Shown: positions 15,254 through 22,437 of the stretch, piece by piece | Position numbering within the stretch: the stretch's first letter is position 1 | How the letters are laid out: each line of letters opens with the position of its first letter | IMG/VR virus record: IMGVR_UViG_3300045988_046485 | Span: 1-34,131 of that record | Source of the DNA: a virus | Reading direction: 5' to 3' (one strand) | DNA length: 34,131 nt | Notes under the pieces: generated by a model | Seen by the model: the letters and a program-made list of their open reading frames with translations, nothing else | Told to the model about the DNA's origin: nothing | The model's database searches: none | Translations under genes and position numbers: made by a program

Positions 15254-15868
15254 TTAACGGTTTTTATATTGTTGTTTCTTTAATTCACGTTTCTCTTTCT
15301 CTATCTCGTCATTACGTTTGGCGATTGCCAGCATAGCGTCCGAGTAGTTTATTTGCTTCGCCTCGTCAAAGCTACAGTGGAAAAGCTCGGCCGTTACCTG
15401 CACAAGTCCGAGAAGGTTTTTTGCCTGCTTGATATTCTCGTCCCCAGTCAACGCGCTTTCACCGCCTTTGCCGTGCATGTTTTGGAAAATCACCTGCTCC
15501 AGCCCGTCGGCAATCTCCAACTGTTTAACTATGAACTTGTCAAGCTTCACGGCATCGACGACGGTAACGGGTTCGTAGTTATCATCAGTCCATGCCTTGA
15601 TGCGTTCTAATGCGTCCTCGGCTCTCCGTGTCTCGAGGATAGCCCATAAACCAATCTCCTCAATGTCCTTAAGGCGGTACACTGCTTTGCCGTTACGGGT
15701 TGCAACCTGGGAGGGCTTAAGGTATTTGATGAGGTCTTTAAGCAAGCGTTCCTCATCGCGCGTCATTCGTACCGTGCCATCGGCTGGCATGTTCGCGATA
15801 CGGAGCATAGCTGCTCGGTTACGAATATTAGCAATTTTGAAAGATAGTCTAAAAAGTAAATTCTTCAT
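15254..15868 (-). CDS. hypothetical structural-module protein (204 aa)
   Basis: First ORF after terL. Helical and charged at the C-terminus (EIEKEKRELKKQQYKNR). No motif recognised. Confidence 0.7.
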   Translation of the reverse strand: MKNLLFRLSFKIANIRNRAAMLRIANMPADGTVRMTRDEERLLKDLIKYLKPSQVATRNGKAVYRLKDIEEIGLWAILETRRAEDALERIKAWTDDNYEPVTVVDAVKLDKFIVKQLEIADGLEQVIFQNMHGKGGESALTGDENIKQAKNLLGLVQVTAELFHCSFDEAKQINYSDAMLAIAKRNDEIEKEKRELKKQQYKNR

Positions 15869-15912
15869 TTTAAAGCGTTTTAAGCGACTTTCTTTGTCGC
15901 GGTTAGTAGTTA

Positions 15913-15944
15913 CCCACTATCGGGGGAGTAAATCCCGTAGTGGG
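15913..15944 (-). other. Intergenic stem-loop between terL and the next gene
   Basis: CCCACTA-TCGGG..CCCG-TAGTGGG forms an interrupted 11-bp stem with no U-tract after it. A second small hairpin, GCGAC-N7-GTCGC, lies at about 15886-15902. Confidence 0.5.
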
Positions 15945-15954
15945 CAAGCAAATG

Positions 15955-17100
15955 TTATTTAGGGCGATACTTACGTATTAGGTAATCTACGCCATAACGC
16001 AAAGCGTCGAGTGAGTGGTTCCAAGCGTCTATAGGTTCGTTGGTGTACGTATCGGTTGCCTCGTCCTTTATCCATTTGTAGTTATCCAGCTCATCAAGTA
16101 GCTTAACGCTGCGTTTCGTTACGTGCAGTTTGAACTGCTTCACCTGCGCAATGCCAGCTGCCACAGAGCCGCGCCCCTTAACACACGGTATCGCCTTGAT
16201 ACGTCTTTGCTGTAGCTCCACAATACTCTTTTGCTCCGCACTATCGCACACGGTAACGACGCGGTTAAGCCCCTGGCTCGTCAAGTAGTCGGCTATCGCG
16301 CTGTTAAGTAGGCCCGTCTCATAGCAAAGTAAATCTATGTACAAATTCCAGCCCTCAAAGCGTATATCAACAATGGCGGTGGGGTCGTTAACGAAACCGA
16401 AGTCAAGCCCGATGCACCGCCCTGTGAACGTTTCGGGTAATTCGTCGATAACTTCATAGTGGGGGTAAACGTTTCCCTCTACGCCGCCCGTCTCGCCTTC
16501 ACCGTAGACGCGCCACCAGTTGGCATCGTCCTTGTTCTTCTCGATTGCGCCTACCTGCTCTTTGGTTAGGTAAGGGTTATCTTTGTACGTTGAATGGATG
16601 GTTATGTATCTGTCACCTACGAACTCGGTTTCGCCCCAGAACTTCCGCACGGGGTTGAAGTCGATAATAACCTTTTTACGCGTACGGATATCAAGCTGCC
16701 TAAAGATTTCACGCGGTATGCCTTGGGCCTCGTTCACAAAGAGAATATCACGTGCAGGGCCGTGCACCTTTGAAGCGTTATCAACGCCAAAGAATTCTAT
16801 CATACATCCGTTGGGGTACGTGTAACATCCCTCGGTCTTGTTGAACGAATTCTCATCCCATACACCCTCGGAGGCCAACATCTGTTTGAAGTCTCGCTGC
16901 ATGCCTCGCTTCACCATCGGAAGTGTAGCGGCAACGCACGAAACAATAAGGGGCTTTTCGGAGTTGGAGCAAAGGATATGCAGCATTTGCAACGTTGCCC
17001 ACGTCTTGCCGGAACGTGTGCCGCCCTTTGATGCGACACCACGTATTCGGGGGTCGACGAAAGCCGCCAATAGCTTTTCAAATGTGTATGTTACATTCAT
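15955..17100 (-). CDS. terL: terminase large subunit (381 aa), PBSX/Terminase_3-like
   Basis: Walker A is SKGGTRSGKTWATLQ, Walker B-like is ILFVNEAQ, and a C-terminal nuclease-like region reads ..GLDFGFVNDPTA.. and ..DALRY.. . Its start overlaps the terS stop (TGATG). Confidence 0.9.
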   Translation of the reverse strand: MNVTYTFEKLLAAFVDPRIRGVASKGGTRSGKTWATLQMLHILCSNSEKPLIVSCVAATLPMVKRGMQRDFKQMLASEGVWDENSFNKTEGCYTYPNGCMIEFFGVDNASKVHGPARDILFVNEAQGIPREIFRQLDIRTRKKVIIDFNPVRKFWGETEFVGDRYITIHSTYKDNPYLTKEQVGAIEKNKDDANWWRVYGEGETGGVEGNVYPHYEVIDELPETFTGRCIGLDFGFVNDPTAIVDIRFEGWNLYIDLLCYETGLLNSAIADYLTSQGLNRVVTVCDSAEQKSIVELQQRRIKAIPCVKGRGSVAAGIAQVKQFKLHVTKRSVKLLDELDNYKWIKDEATDTYTNEPIDAWNHSLDALRYGVDYLIRKYRPK

Positions 17101-17723
17101 CAGATACCCCCTAACTTTTGTAGGTTCTTGACGGCATCCTCGGAAAGCACATTGACCTGCATAGCCTTTGTGCCGGCTTCCTTACCGTTGCTCGTAACGT
17201 CTTTAAGGTCTCGCAACCCTCGTAGCTTCGCCATGTAGTTAGCGTCCACCATCCCAGCAAGGGCTGCTTCGTCCATCTCGGTTGTGATAAGCTCCTTTAT
17301 CAGAGTGTAGCCTAATAGAAGGTTCTCGGCATCGGGGTTCGTCTCTGAGGCCTTTTCCAGCTTCGCCATGTTCTTATTGAAGTCCTTTATAGACCAGCCT
17401 ATGAAAAGGCAGAAGCCGCCAACAGAGGGCGCGCGTTTCTTCTCCACGGGTACCTTCTGCCCTGCTGCTGCGCCACCTTTCAATATCTCATATTGGGTAT
17501 AGGGGTTCTTCTCGCAAAAGTTCATGTATTCCGCCACATAATTAATACACTCGTCGATGCTGTTAAGCGTAGCGCCTTTAACGCCTCGTGTCTGCACGAC
17601 TTCATAAAGTTGTGTGCATGCCTTCAGCTCTTCCTTTGGTTTCGGGGGTGTCCCGGTTGCCTGCCCTTTCTTGATTTCCTTTTTCGTATCGGGGGCGGCT
17701 TCTTTCTTTGTTCTTCCTGCCAT
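17100..17723 (-). CDS. terS: terminase small subunit (207 aa)
   Basis: Lys-rich N-terminus, then ..KRAPSVGGFCLFIGWSIKDF.., resembling the HTH-like P.t..GLa.flGis block of small terminases. It lies directly upstream of terL. Confidence 0.7.
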   Translation of the reverse strand: MAGRTKKEAAPDTKKEIKKGQATGTPPKPKEELKACTQLYEVVQTRGVKGATLNSIDECINYVAEYMNFCEKNPYTQYEILKGGAAAGQKVPVEKKRAPSVGGFCLFIGWSIKDFNKNMAKLEKASETNPDAENLLLGYTLIKELITTEMDEAALAGMVDANYMAKLRGLRDLKDVTSNGKEAGTKAMQVNVLSEDAVKNLQKLGGI

Positions 17724-17740
17724 AATTGTTAATTGGTTTT

Positions 17741-17780
17741 GTGCGTGCGTGGGTCAATAATCAATGTCCGTGCGCGCGCG
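17741..17780. promoter_or_regulatory. Two 11-nt alternating purine-pyrimidine tracts flanking TCAATAATCAAT in the terS leader
   Basis: Sequence is GTGCGTGCGTG (17741-17751), TCAATAATCAAT (17754-17765), GTGCGCGCGCG (17770-17780), lying 18-57 nt upstream of the terS ATG. Confidence 0.5.
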
Positions 17781-17808
17781 GTCTATTACTCCCTTAAGAG
17801 TGTGGGGG

Positions 17809-17839
17809 CAAAAGTACATAACTTCTCGCCACAAACCAA
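17809..17839 (-). promoter_or_regulatory. Late promoter candidate for the packaging/structural operon (TTGGTTTGTGG-N12-TACTTTTG)
   Basis: Same octamer TACTTTTG and same N12 spacing as 14803-14833. It lies 85 nt upstream of the terS ATG and 46 nt downstream of the nearest R2 iteron. Confidence 0.5.
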
Positions 17840-17884
17840 CCTGCAATCAGTCGTGAAAATCAAAAACATTTTACAAAGTAGGGG

Positions 17885-18282
17885 GTGGCACAGATAACGC
17901 ACTGTCCAACAACGAGTTACAAGCGTTTTTGCCTACTGTGCCAGGCACGTTTCTGGTGGCACACCTCGGGTGGCACAGATAACGCGCTACGTATCAGACC
18001 GTTAGGGCGACTGTGCCACTGTGCCAGGCAAAAAGCACTTTTCTAACACTTGGTTTATAAATAGTATATATTACTGCTATCTCTACATTGCAATTACCAT
18101 ATATTTTTCCAAATAAAGTGTTATACCTATTTTATACTATTTAGTGGCACAGTGTAGATAACTATATATAGGTCAGTGAGTTATCTGTGCCACTTGCTGT
18201 GCCACCCTACATTTTTCCTGGCACAGTAACTGTTAACGATATTGTGTATCAGCACTTTAAGTGAGACAGATGGGTGAGACAT
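17885..18282. repeat. Non-coding hub R2: iteron cluster, AT-rich core, iteron cluster (paralog of R1)
   Basis: 9-mers start at 17885, 17936, 17956, 17970, 18011, 18019, 18144, 18185, 18197, 18218, 18261 and 18274. The extended 16-mer GTGGCACAGATAACGC occurs twice (17885, 17970), and its inverted 14-mer is at 18180-18193. A 125-nt AT-rich gap holds CCAAATAAAGTGTTATACCTATTTT (18109-18133). Confidence 0.85.
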
Positions 18283-18493
18283 GCCTATTTATTTTACCAG
18301 CCATACTTGATTATCAGCACGTTAGCACGGGGCATCTTTTGATAAGGAATTTTCAATTAACAATCTAAACACTTTTTAAGAATTGAGCTTTCATAAAAGA
18401 TAATTACAAAGGGCGATTTCTGACTATTTGTAAGCCGAAACCGTCCTTTTGCTATCATTTTTTAAAGGTATATGCTATTCGTAAGGGGCACTA

Positions 18494-18910
18494 TCATTTA
18501 GTAACTTTATTGCTTTCCCACCTATCAAATAGCCAACCGTCCGAGTTCCAATGCCAAACCATTTTCGTGCCATCAGGGAAAAGGGTTGCCCGGCTTATCC
18601 TTCCCTCCTTGTCTATGGTGTATCGCCTGGGTACGTCTTGTTCGTTCCGCTTCTCCTCGTCACGTCTCGCCTCGTCCCGGAACAAGTATTGCCGCTTATT
18701 AACTTCCTGCTTATACGTGAAGTCCTGCTCCCCTATATAGGCCGCCAGCTTATCTATCCACTTCCGGCATTCACGGGCCGATACGCTACCACGCCCCCAT
18801 CTATCCTTTTTAACTCCCTTCCCGAAGCCGTACCGCCTTATGAACTCCCAAATGATGAACGTGTGTACATTGAGGCACACCGCCAAGTCCATAAAACTAA
18901 CTTTCTTCAT
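18494..18910 (-). CDS. hypothetical protein (138 aa), possible DNA-binding N-terminus
   Basis: The N-terminus FMDLAVCLNVHTFIIWEFIRRYG looks like a short helix-turn-helix, followed by a charged linker and a W-rich C-terminus. Last gene before hub R2. Confidence 0.65.
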   Translation of the reverse strand: MKKVSFMDLAVCLNVHTFIIWEFIRRYGFGKGVKKDRWGRGSVSARECRKWIDKLAAYIGEQDFTYKQEVNKRQYLFRDEARRDEEKRNEQDVPRRYTIDKEGRISRATLFPDGTKMVWHWNSDGWLFDRWESNKVTK

Positions 18911-19187
18911 GCACGATGTTTTTAAGCTTTATATACTTGTAATATGCCCCGGCTCGCGGCTTCTTCATAAACACGTCGCCTCCAAATGTGCTCTTTAATT
19001 CTCCGCCCGGCAGGCTCCACGCGTTCACCTCGTCTGCTACACTTTCGTGTACCTCGGCTATAATCACGTCTTTTATGCACGTGTAGCCCACTACCCTAAT
19101 ACCAATAAGGTATTCCACTTCGTCGACCCTTGCGGCCGTCCTATCGCCCCATTTAAGCTTATGGGGAAGCTTTGGTTCTTTAGTCAT
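18897..19187 (-). CDS. hypothetical protein (about 96 aa)
   Basis: The track start at 19214 is GTG; the first ATG (19187) has an A-rich leader. No motif recognised. Confidence 0.65.
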   Translation of the reverse strand: MTKEPKLPHKLKWGDRTAARVDEVEYLIGIRVVGYTCIKDVIIAEVHESVADEVNAWSLPGGELKSTFGGDVFMKKPRAGAYYKYIKLKNIVHEES

Positions 19188-19223
19188 TTCCTTATTCTTG
19201 TTTTCATTAAACACTCCATTTCA

Positions 19224-19337
19224 TTATTCGTCGTACTCCCCAGCTATATTCCGGGCTACGAATTTAGCTACGAGCCACAAGCCAGTTACCAAACCTGCCC
19301 CTATTGCTATTCCAAATAAACACATTAATGCTTCCAT
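19224..19337 (-). CDS. small single-pass membrane peptide (37 aa), below the ORF-track cutoff
   Basis: Translates as MEALMCLFGIAIGAGLVTGLWLVAKFVARNIAGEYDE. It fills an otherwise empty 128-nt gap; ATG 19337 is 5 nt after the upstream stop. Confidence 0.45.
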   Translation of the reverse strand: MEALMCLFGIAIGAGLVTGLWLVAKFVARNIAGEYDE

Positions 19338-19342
19338 ATCTT

Positions 19343-19771
19343 TTAAATTTTTGATGATACATTTTCTAAACCGTCTCCCATGCTTACAAGCTTCATACCG
19401 CCGTGCTTACCGCGGATATAGGCAGCCTGCACGTTGCCGTGCTCGTCCGCCGAGAATTGAATACCCGACACACACTCGTGCTCCTTGATAAGCTCGCCTA
19501 TTGTCTTATGCTTCGGGGCTTCCTCTCCGTCCACCAGCTCGCCCAGAGGTTCTTCCAGCGTCCCGGCGTTGCGGTATTCATAAGACAGAAATTCATCCTC
19601 GGACACACTCATGTCGTTAGCGCCCCAGGATGACCAACCGTCCGCGTGGTCAACTCCCACTATCACACCGTGCATATCGTTCCAACCGACCACCACACCG
19701 GCATACTCGCCGTTCTTGTTGAATACCGCACGGCCCGCGTACAGCATCGCGAAATCTTTGTTTCTAATCAT
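19343..19771 (-). CDS. hypothetical protein (142 aa)
   Basis: ATG 19771, 5 nt after the upstream stop. No motif recognised. Confidence 0.7.
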   Translation of the reverse strand: MIRNKDFAMLYAGRAVFNKNGEYAGVVVGWNDMHGVIVGVDHADGWSSWGANDMSVSEDEFLSYEYRNAGTLEEPLGELVDGEEAPKHKTIGELIKEHECVSGIQFSADEHGNVQAAYIRGKHGGMKLVSMGDGLENVSSKI

Positions 19772-19776
19772 AACTC

Positions 19777-20040
19777 CTAATCTATTAAATCGTCAATACT
19801 AACATACAAATAACTTTCACACTCCTTGAATACGACGTCGTGCAAATCTATATCCGCCCAACCGCCGCATTGCGAAGCATCTACTATCAGCACCGGGGCA
19901 CCTTTAAAACTACTGTATCCCACTACTTCTAATTTCTCACCGCGGCAGTAGGCTAACCGCCATATGTACTTTTCCAACGGGTGGGCTTCTTTCTTAAACT
20001 GTGAATACATCTCACTAACTGCTTTTGAATACTTTTCCAT
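19777..20040 (-). CDS. hypothetical early protein (87 aa)
   Basis: ATG 20040 with leader CAACGATTTAAAAACAGAAGATTATG directly downstream of promoter copy P3. Confidence 0.7.
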   Translation of the reverse strand: MEKYSKAVSEMYSQFKKEAHPLEKYIWRLAYCRGEKLEVVGYSSFKGAPVLIVDASQCGGWADIDLHDVVFKECESYLYVSIDDLID

Positions 20041-20066
20041 AATCTTCTGTTTTTAAATCGTTGATA

Positions 20067-20108
20067 CAAATATAACGCTTTTCCCGTTATGTTGGTTCTT
20101 TCGTTAAC
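20067..20108 (-). promoter_or_regulatory. Early promoter copy P3 (GTTAAC-N28-TATATTTG)
   Basis: Minus strand reads GTTAACGAAAGAACCAACATAACGGGAAAAGCGTTATATTTG. Confidence 0.65.
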
Positions 20109-20109
20109 A

Positions 20110-20259
20110 TCATTTAAGCATTAAACTATCCTTCAGCGATAGCCCGTACTCTAATTGCTGTAGCTTGAAATTACGTTGTATGCTGTCCGCGGCGGTCTGC
20201 ATCACGGTGCAGCCTACCAATAGGAGTAGGACTGCGATAACTGCTATTAACTTTTTCAT
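20110..20259 (-). CDS. small lipoprotein (49 aa precursor), below the ORF-track cutoff
   Basis: Translates as MKKLIAVIAVLLLLVGCTVMQTAADSIQRNFKLQQLEYGLSLKDSLMLK, with a KK n-region, a hydrophobic core and the lipobox L-V-G-C. Its ATG overlaps the SNF2 stop as ATGA. Confidence 0.6.
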   Translation of the reverse strand: MKKLIAVIAVLLLLVGCTVMQTAADSIQRNFKLQQLEYGLSLKDSLMLK

Positions 20260-21644
20260 TTCTTGCTGTAAAATTCCATAAGTTCTTTAATACTTGCCAT
20301 TAACCCGTCTTGTGTCTCGCGCTTACCTTCGAGTGATTTTATTATCTTCTCATCGATTGTGCCACGCGTCACTATATGGCGTATCGTTACGGGCTTGCCT
20401 TGTCCCTGGCGGTACAACCGGGCGTTGAACTGCTGATACAGTTCGAGAGACCACGTATTACCGAACCAAATTATATTATGTCCGCCTTTCTGTAAATTGA
20501 GACCGTGCCCGGCTGATGCTGGGTGTGTAACCAGTACGGGAATCTTCCCGGCATTCCAGTCGGCTATCTGTTCGGGTTTCTCTAACTTCACAGGTCTGTA
20601 GGCTTTTAGCTTCTGCATGATGCGTTCAAGGTCATGCTTATAAGAGTAGGCGATAAGAACGGGTTCACCGTTGGCAGCTTCTACAAGTTCTTCGAGCTTA
20701 TCCAGCTTTTCATCGTGAATGTCTTTAACGTTTCGTTCCGCGTCGTATATCGCACCGTTTGCGAATTGCTGTAGCTTATTGGATAGTGCCGCAGCACTTG
20801 CCGCACTTATCGGTTCGTCCGAGTTTATGAGCTCCAATATCTGCTCTTTCTCGAATTCTCTGTACATCGCCAATACTTTAGGGTCGAGGTCTACGTAATC
20901 GTACAACATAATCTTATCGGGCATTTTCAAATAGTCCTCGGCAGTCATTGATATTGTTATGTCGCTGATGAGGTCACTTATTTGCTGCTCCGTTTCGTTC
21001 TGGGGGGCTTTCAGTTCATAGGTATAAACTATATCACCGTTGCGTTTCCCGGGTCTGAAAAACCTATCCCGGTACGCTGTCACTGTTTTGCCCAGCCGTT
21101 GACCCTCGTCAACTAAATACATTTGGGCGAATAGGTCTATCAGTCCGTTCGGGGCTGGTGTCCCGGTGAGGCCTACAACGCGCGGAATGAATTTACGTAC
21201 TTTACGCATTGCCCGGAAACGTTTGGAGGCGTGGTTCTTAAAACTGCTCAATTCGTCGATAACTACCATATCGTAGGGGAGTTTAACGCCTCCGCATTCC
21301 AGCACAAGCCAAACAATGTTATCACGGCTCACCGCGTATATATCGGCTTTGGCTGCCATCGCTTCGCGCCTCTGCTTGGCCGTCCCGTCAATCACGGAGA
21401 TGGTAAGGCCCTGCAAGTGCTTCCAGTTCTTTATCTCATCGCCCCATGTAACCTGCGTTACTTTCTTCGGAGCAATAACCAGGGCATTACTTATAATGCA
21501 GTTATCCAAAAGCTCTTTTATGGCGGTCAACGTGGTAACGGTCTTTCCCAAACCCATATCCAAGAACAAAGCGCAATACTCGTTGTCTATTATATGGCTC
21601 ACGCCTCGCTCTTGGTATTCGTGTAAATTGCTCCTATCTAACAT
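20256..21644 (-). CDS. SNF2/Rad54-family helicase (462 aa)
   Basis: Motif I is LDMGLGKT, motif II is VVIDELSSF and motif III is LTGTPAPN. The C-terminal helicase domain ends in ..RLYRQGQGKPV.. (motif VI). Confidence 0.9.
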   Translation of the reverse strand: MLDRSNLHEYQERGVSHIIDNEYCALFLDMGLGKTVTTLTAIKELLDNCIISNALVIAPKKVTQVTWGDEIKNWKHLQGLTISVIDGTAKQRREAMAAKADIYAVSRDNIVWLVLECGGVKLPYDMVVIDELSSFKNHASKRFRAMRKVRKFIPRVVGLTGTPAPNGLIDLFAQMYLVDEGQRLGKTVTAYRDRFFRPGKRNGDIVYTYELKAPQNETEQQISDLISDITISMTAEDYLKMPDKIMLYDYVDLDPKVLAMYREFEKEQILELINSDEPISAASAAALSNKLQQFANGAIYDAERNVKDIHDEKLDKLEELVEAANGEPVLIAYSYKHDLERIMQKLKAYRPVKLEKPEQIADWNAGKIPVLVTHPASAGHGLNLQKGGHNIIWFGNTWSLELYQQFNARLYRQGQGKPVTIRHIVTRGTIDEKIIKSLEGKRETQDGLMASIKELMEFYSKK

Positions 21645-21834
21645 CTCCTGCCTCCTTTATTACTTTTTCGCATAGACTTGTAAGCCTCATGAGTTCTAAC
21701 TTTAAGCGCATAACGTCCAATATAGGGGCGCTTCTCATTGCGTTTAAATCTTTGCCAGTAATACCGTTTACTTTAGTTTGTAGATGGCAGCCCTGGGAGG
21801 CCACCTCTACATTTATATAATTACATTTAGCCAT
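21634..21834 (-). CDS. hypothetical protein (66 aa)
   Basis: ATG 21834; overlaps the SNF2 start by 11 nt. No motif recognised. Confidence 0.6.
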   Translation of the reverse strand: MAKCNYINVEVASQGCHLQTKVNGITGKDLNAMRSAPILDVMRLKLELMRLTSLCEKVIKEAGDVR

Positions 21835-21838
21835 CGTC

Positions 21839-22075
21839 TTACATTAATTTAGTTCGGTACCACACGCATATACTTTTGAAATCTCTTTCCTCGGGAAGCT
21901 CCCCGAGTTGTTTACGGGAAAGGAAAATAACGTCTTTGGTTATATCGTCTTCGAGTTGTTTCATTACTTGTTTCTCATCTCCGTACTTCTTATCACGTAC
22001 ATACATTACTCCGCTCTTTAAGCTAAAGTACAGCCCCAAGCGGTATTCAATCTCATTCTTAATTCCTTTTTTCAT
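21839..22075 (-). CDS. hypothetical protein (78 aa)
   Basis: ATG 22075; tight packing. No motif recognised. Confidence 0.6.
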   Translation of the reverse strand: MKKGIKNEIEYRLGLYFSLKSGVMYVRDKKYGDEKQVMKQLEDDITKDVIFLSRKQLGELPEERDFKSICVWYRTKLM

Positions 22076-22098
22076 GATTTTCTGCTTTTAATTTGATA

Positions 22099-22437
22099 TC
22101 ACAAAGATAATGGTTTTTGCGATATGCTGGTTATTTCCTTAACTTTATTTAAGAAGAAAGTTATTGCGTTGTCCCTGCTCTCCAAATCGTCGATAACAAA
22201 AACCGTGAAGCCGAGCGCCCTTAACTTCTCATGTATATAGGCCTGTATCTTTGTTGGTTTCTTCCCGGTGGTCTTTATCTCGGCAAAGCCTACGTAACCA
22301 CCCTGGCAAATTACCATCCTATCGGGCAAACCTTTTATAAAGGTGGATAATAATTTTATTACCCACACTTTCTTTGTTCTGTTTAGGCGCTCGCTAAACG
22401 TGCGCTCTAAATCTTTTTCACTTATTATATCCATCAT
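22099..22437 (-). CDS. VRR-NUC domain nuclease (112 aa)
   Basis: GLPDRMVICQGGYVGFAEIKTTGKKPTKIQAYIHEKLRALGFTVFVI matches the VRR-NUC G.PD...f.E.K....l...Q core. Confidence 0.85.
   Translation of the reverse strand: MMDIISEKDLERTFSERLNRTKKVWVIKLLSTFIKGLPDRMVICQGGYVGFAEIKTTGKKPTKIQAYIHEKLRALGFTVFVIDDLESRDNAITFFLNKVKEITSISQKPLSL

Noticed and set aside
15913-15944. The hairpin after terL as a transcription terminator.
   Set aside because: There is no U-tract on the minus strand after the stem, and the downstream genes have no promoter of their own. It is more likely an mRNA stability or processing element, or has no function.
17885-18282. Reading the TGGCAC-containing iterons as sigma-54 (-24 TGGCAC / -12 TTGC) promoters.
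   Set aside because: No copy has TTGC at the required 5-nt spacing. The motif occurs in both orientations and in overlapping pairs, which fits protein-binding iterons better than promoters.
18357-18458. A 33-aa minus-strand ORF (MIAKGRFRLTNSQKSPFVIIFYESSILKKCLDC) in the spacer between the 138-aa gene and hub R2.
   Set aside because: The composition is implausible, there is no hydrophobic or structured pattern, and the start lies directly on a TTTAAAAAATG run without the usual spacer. It is kept only as a remote possibility.
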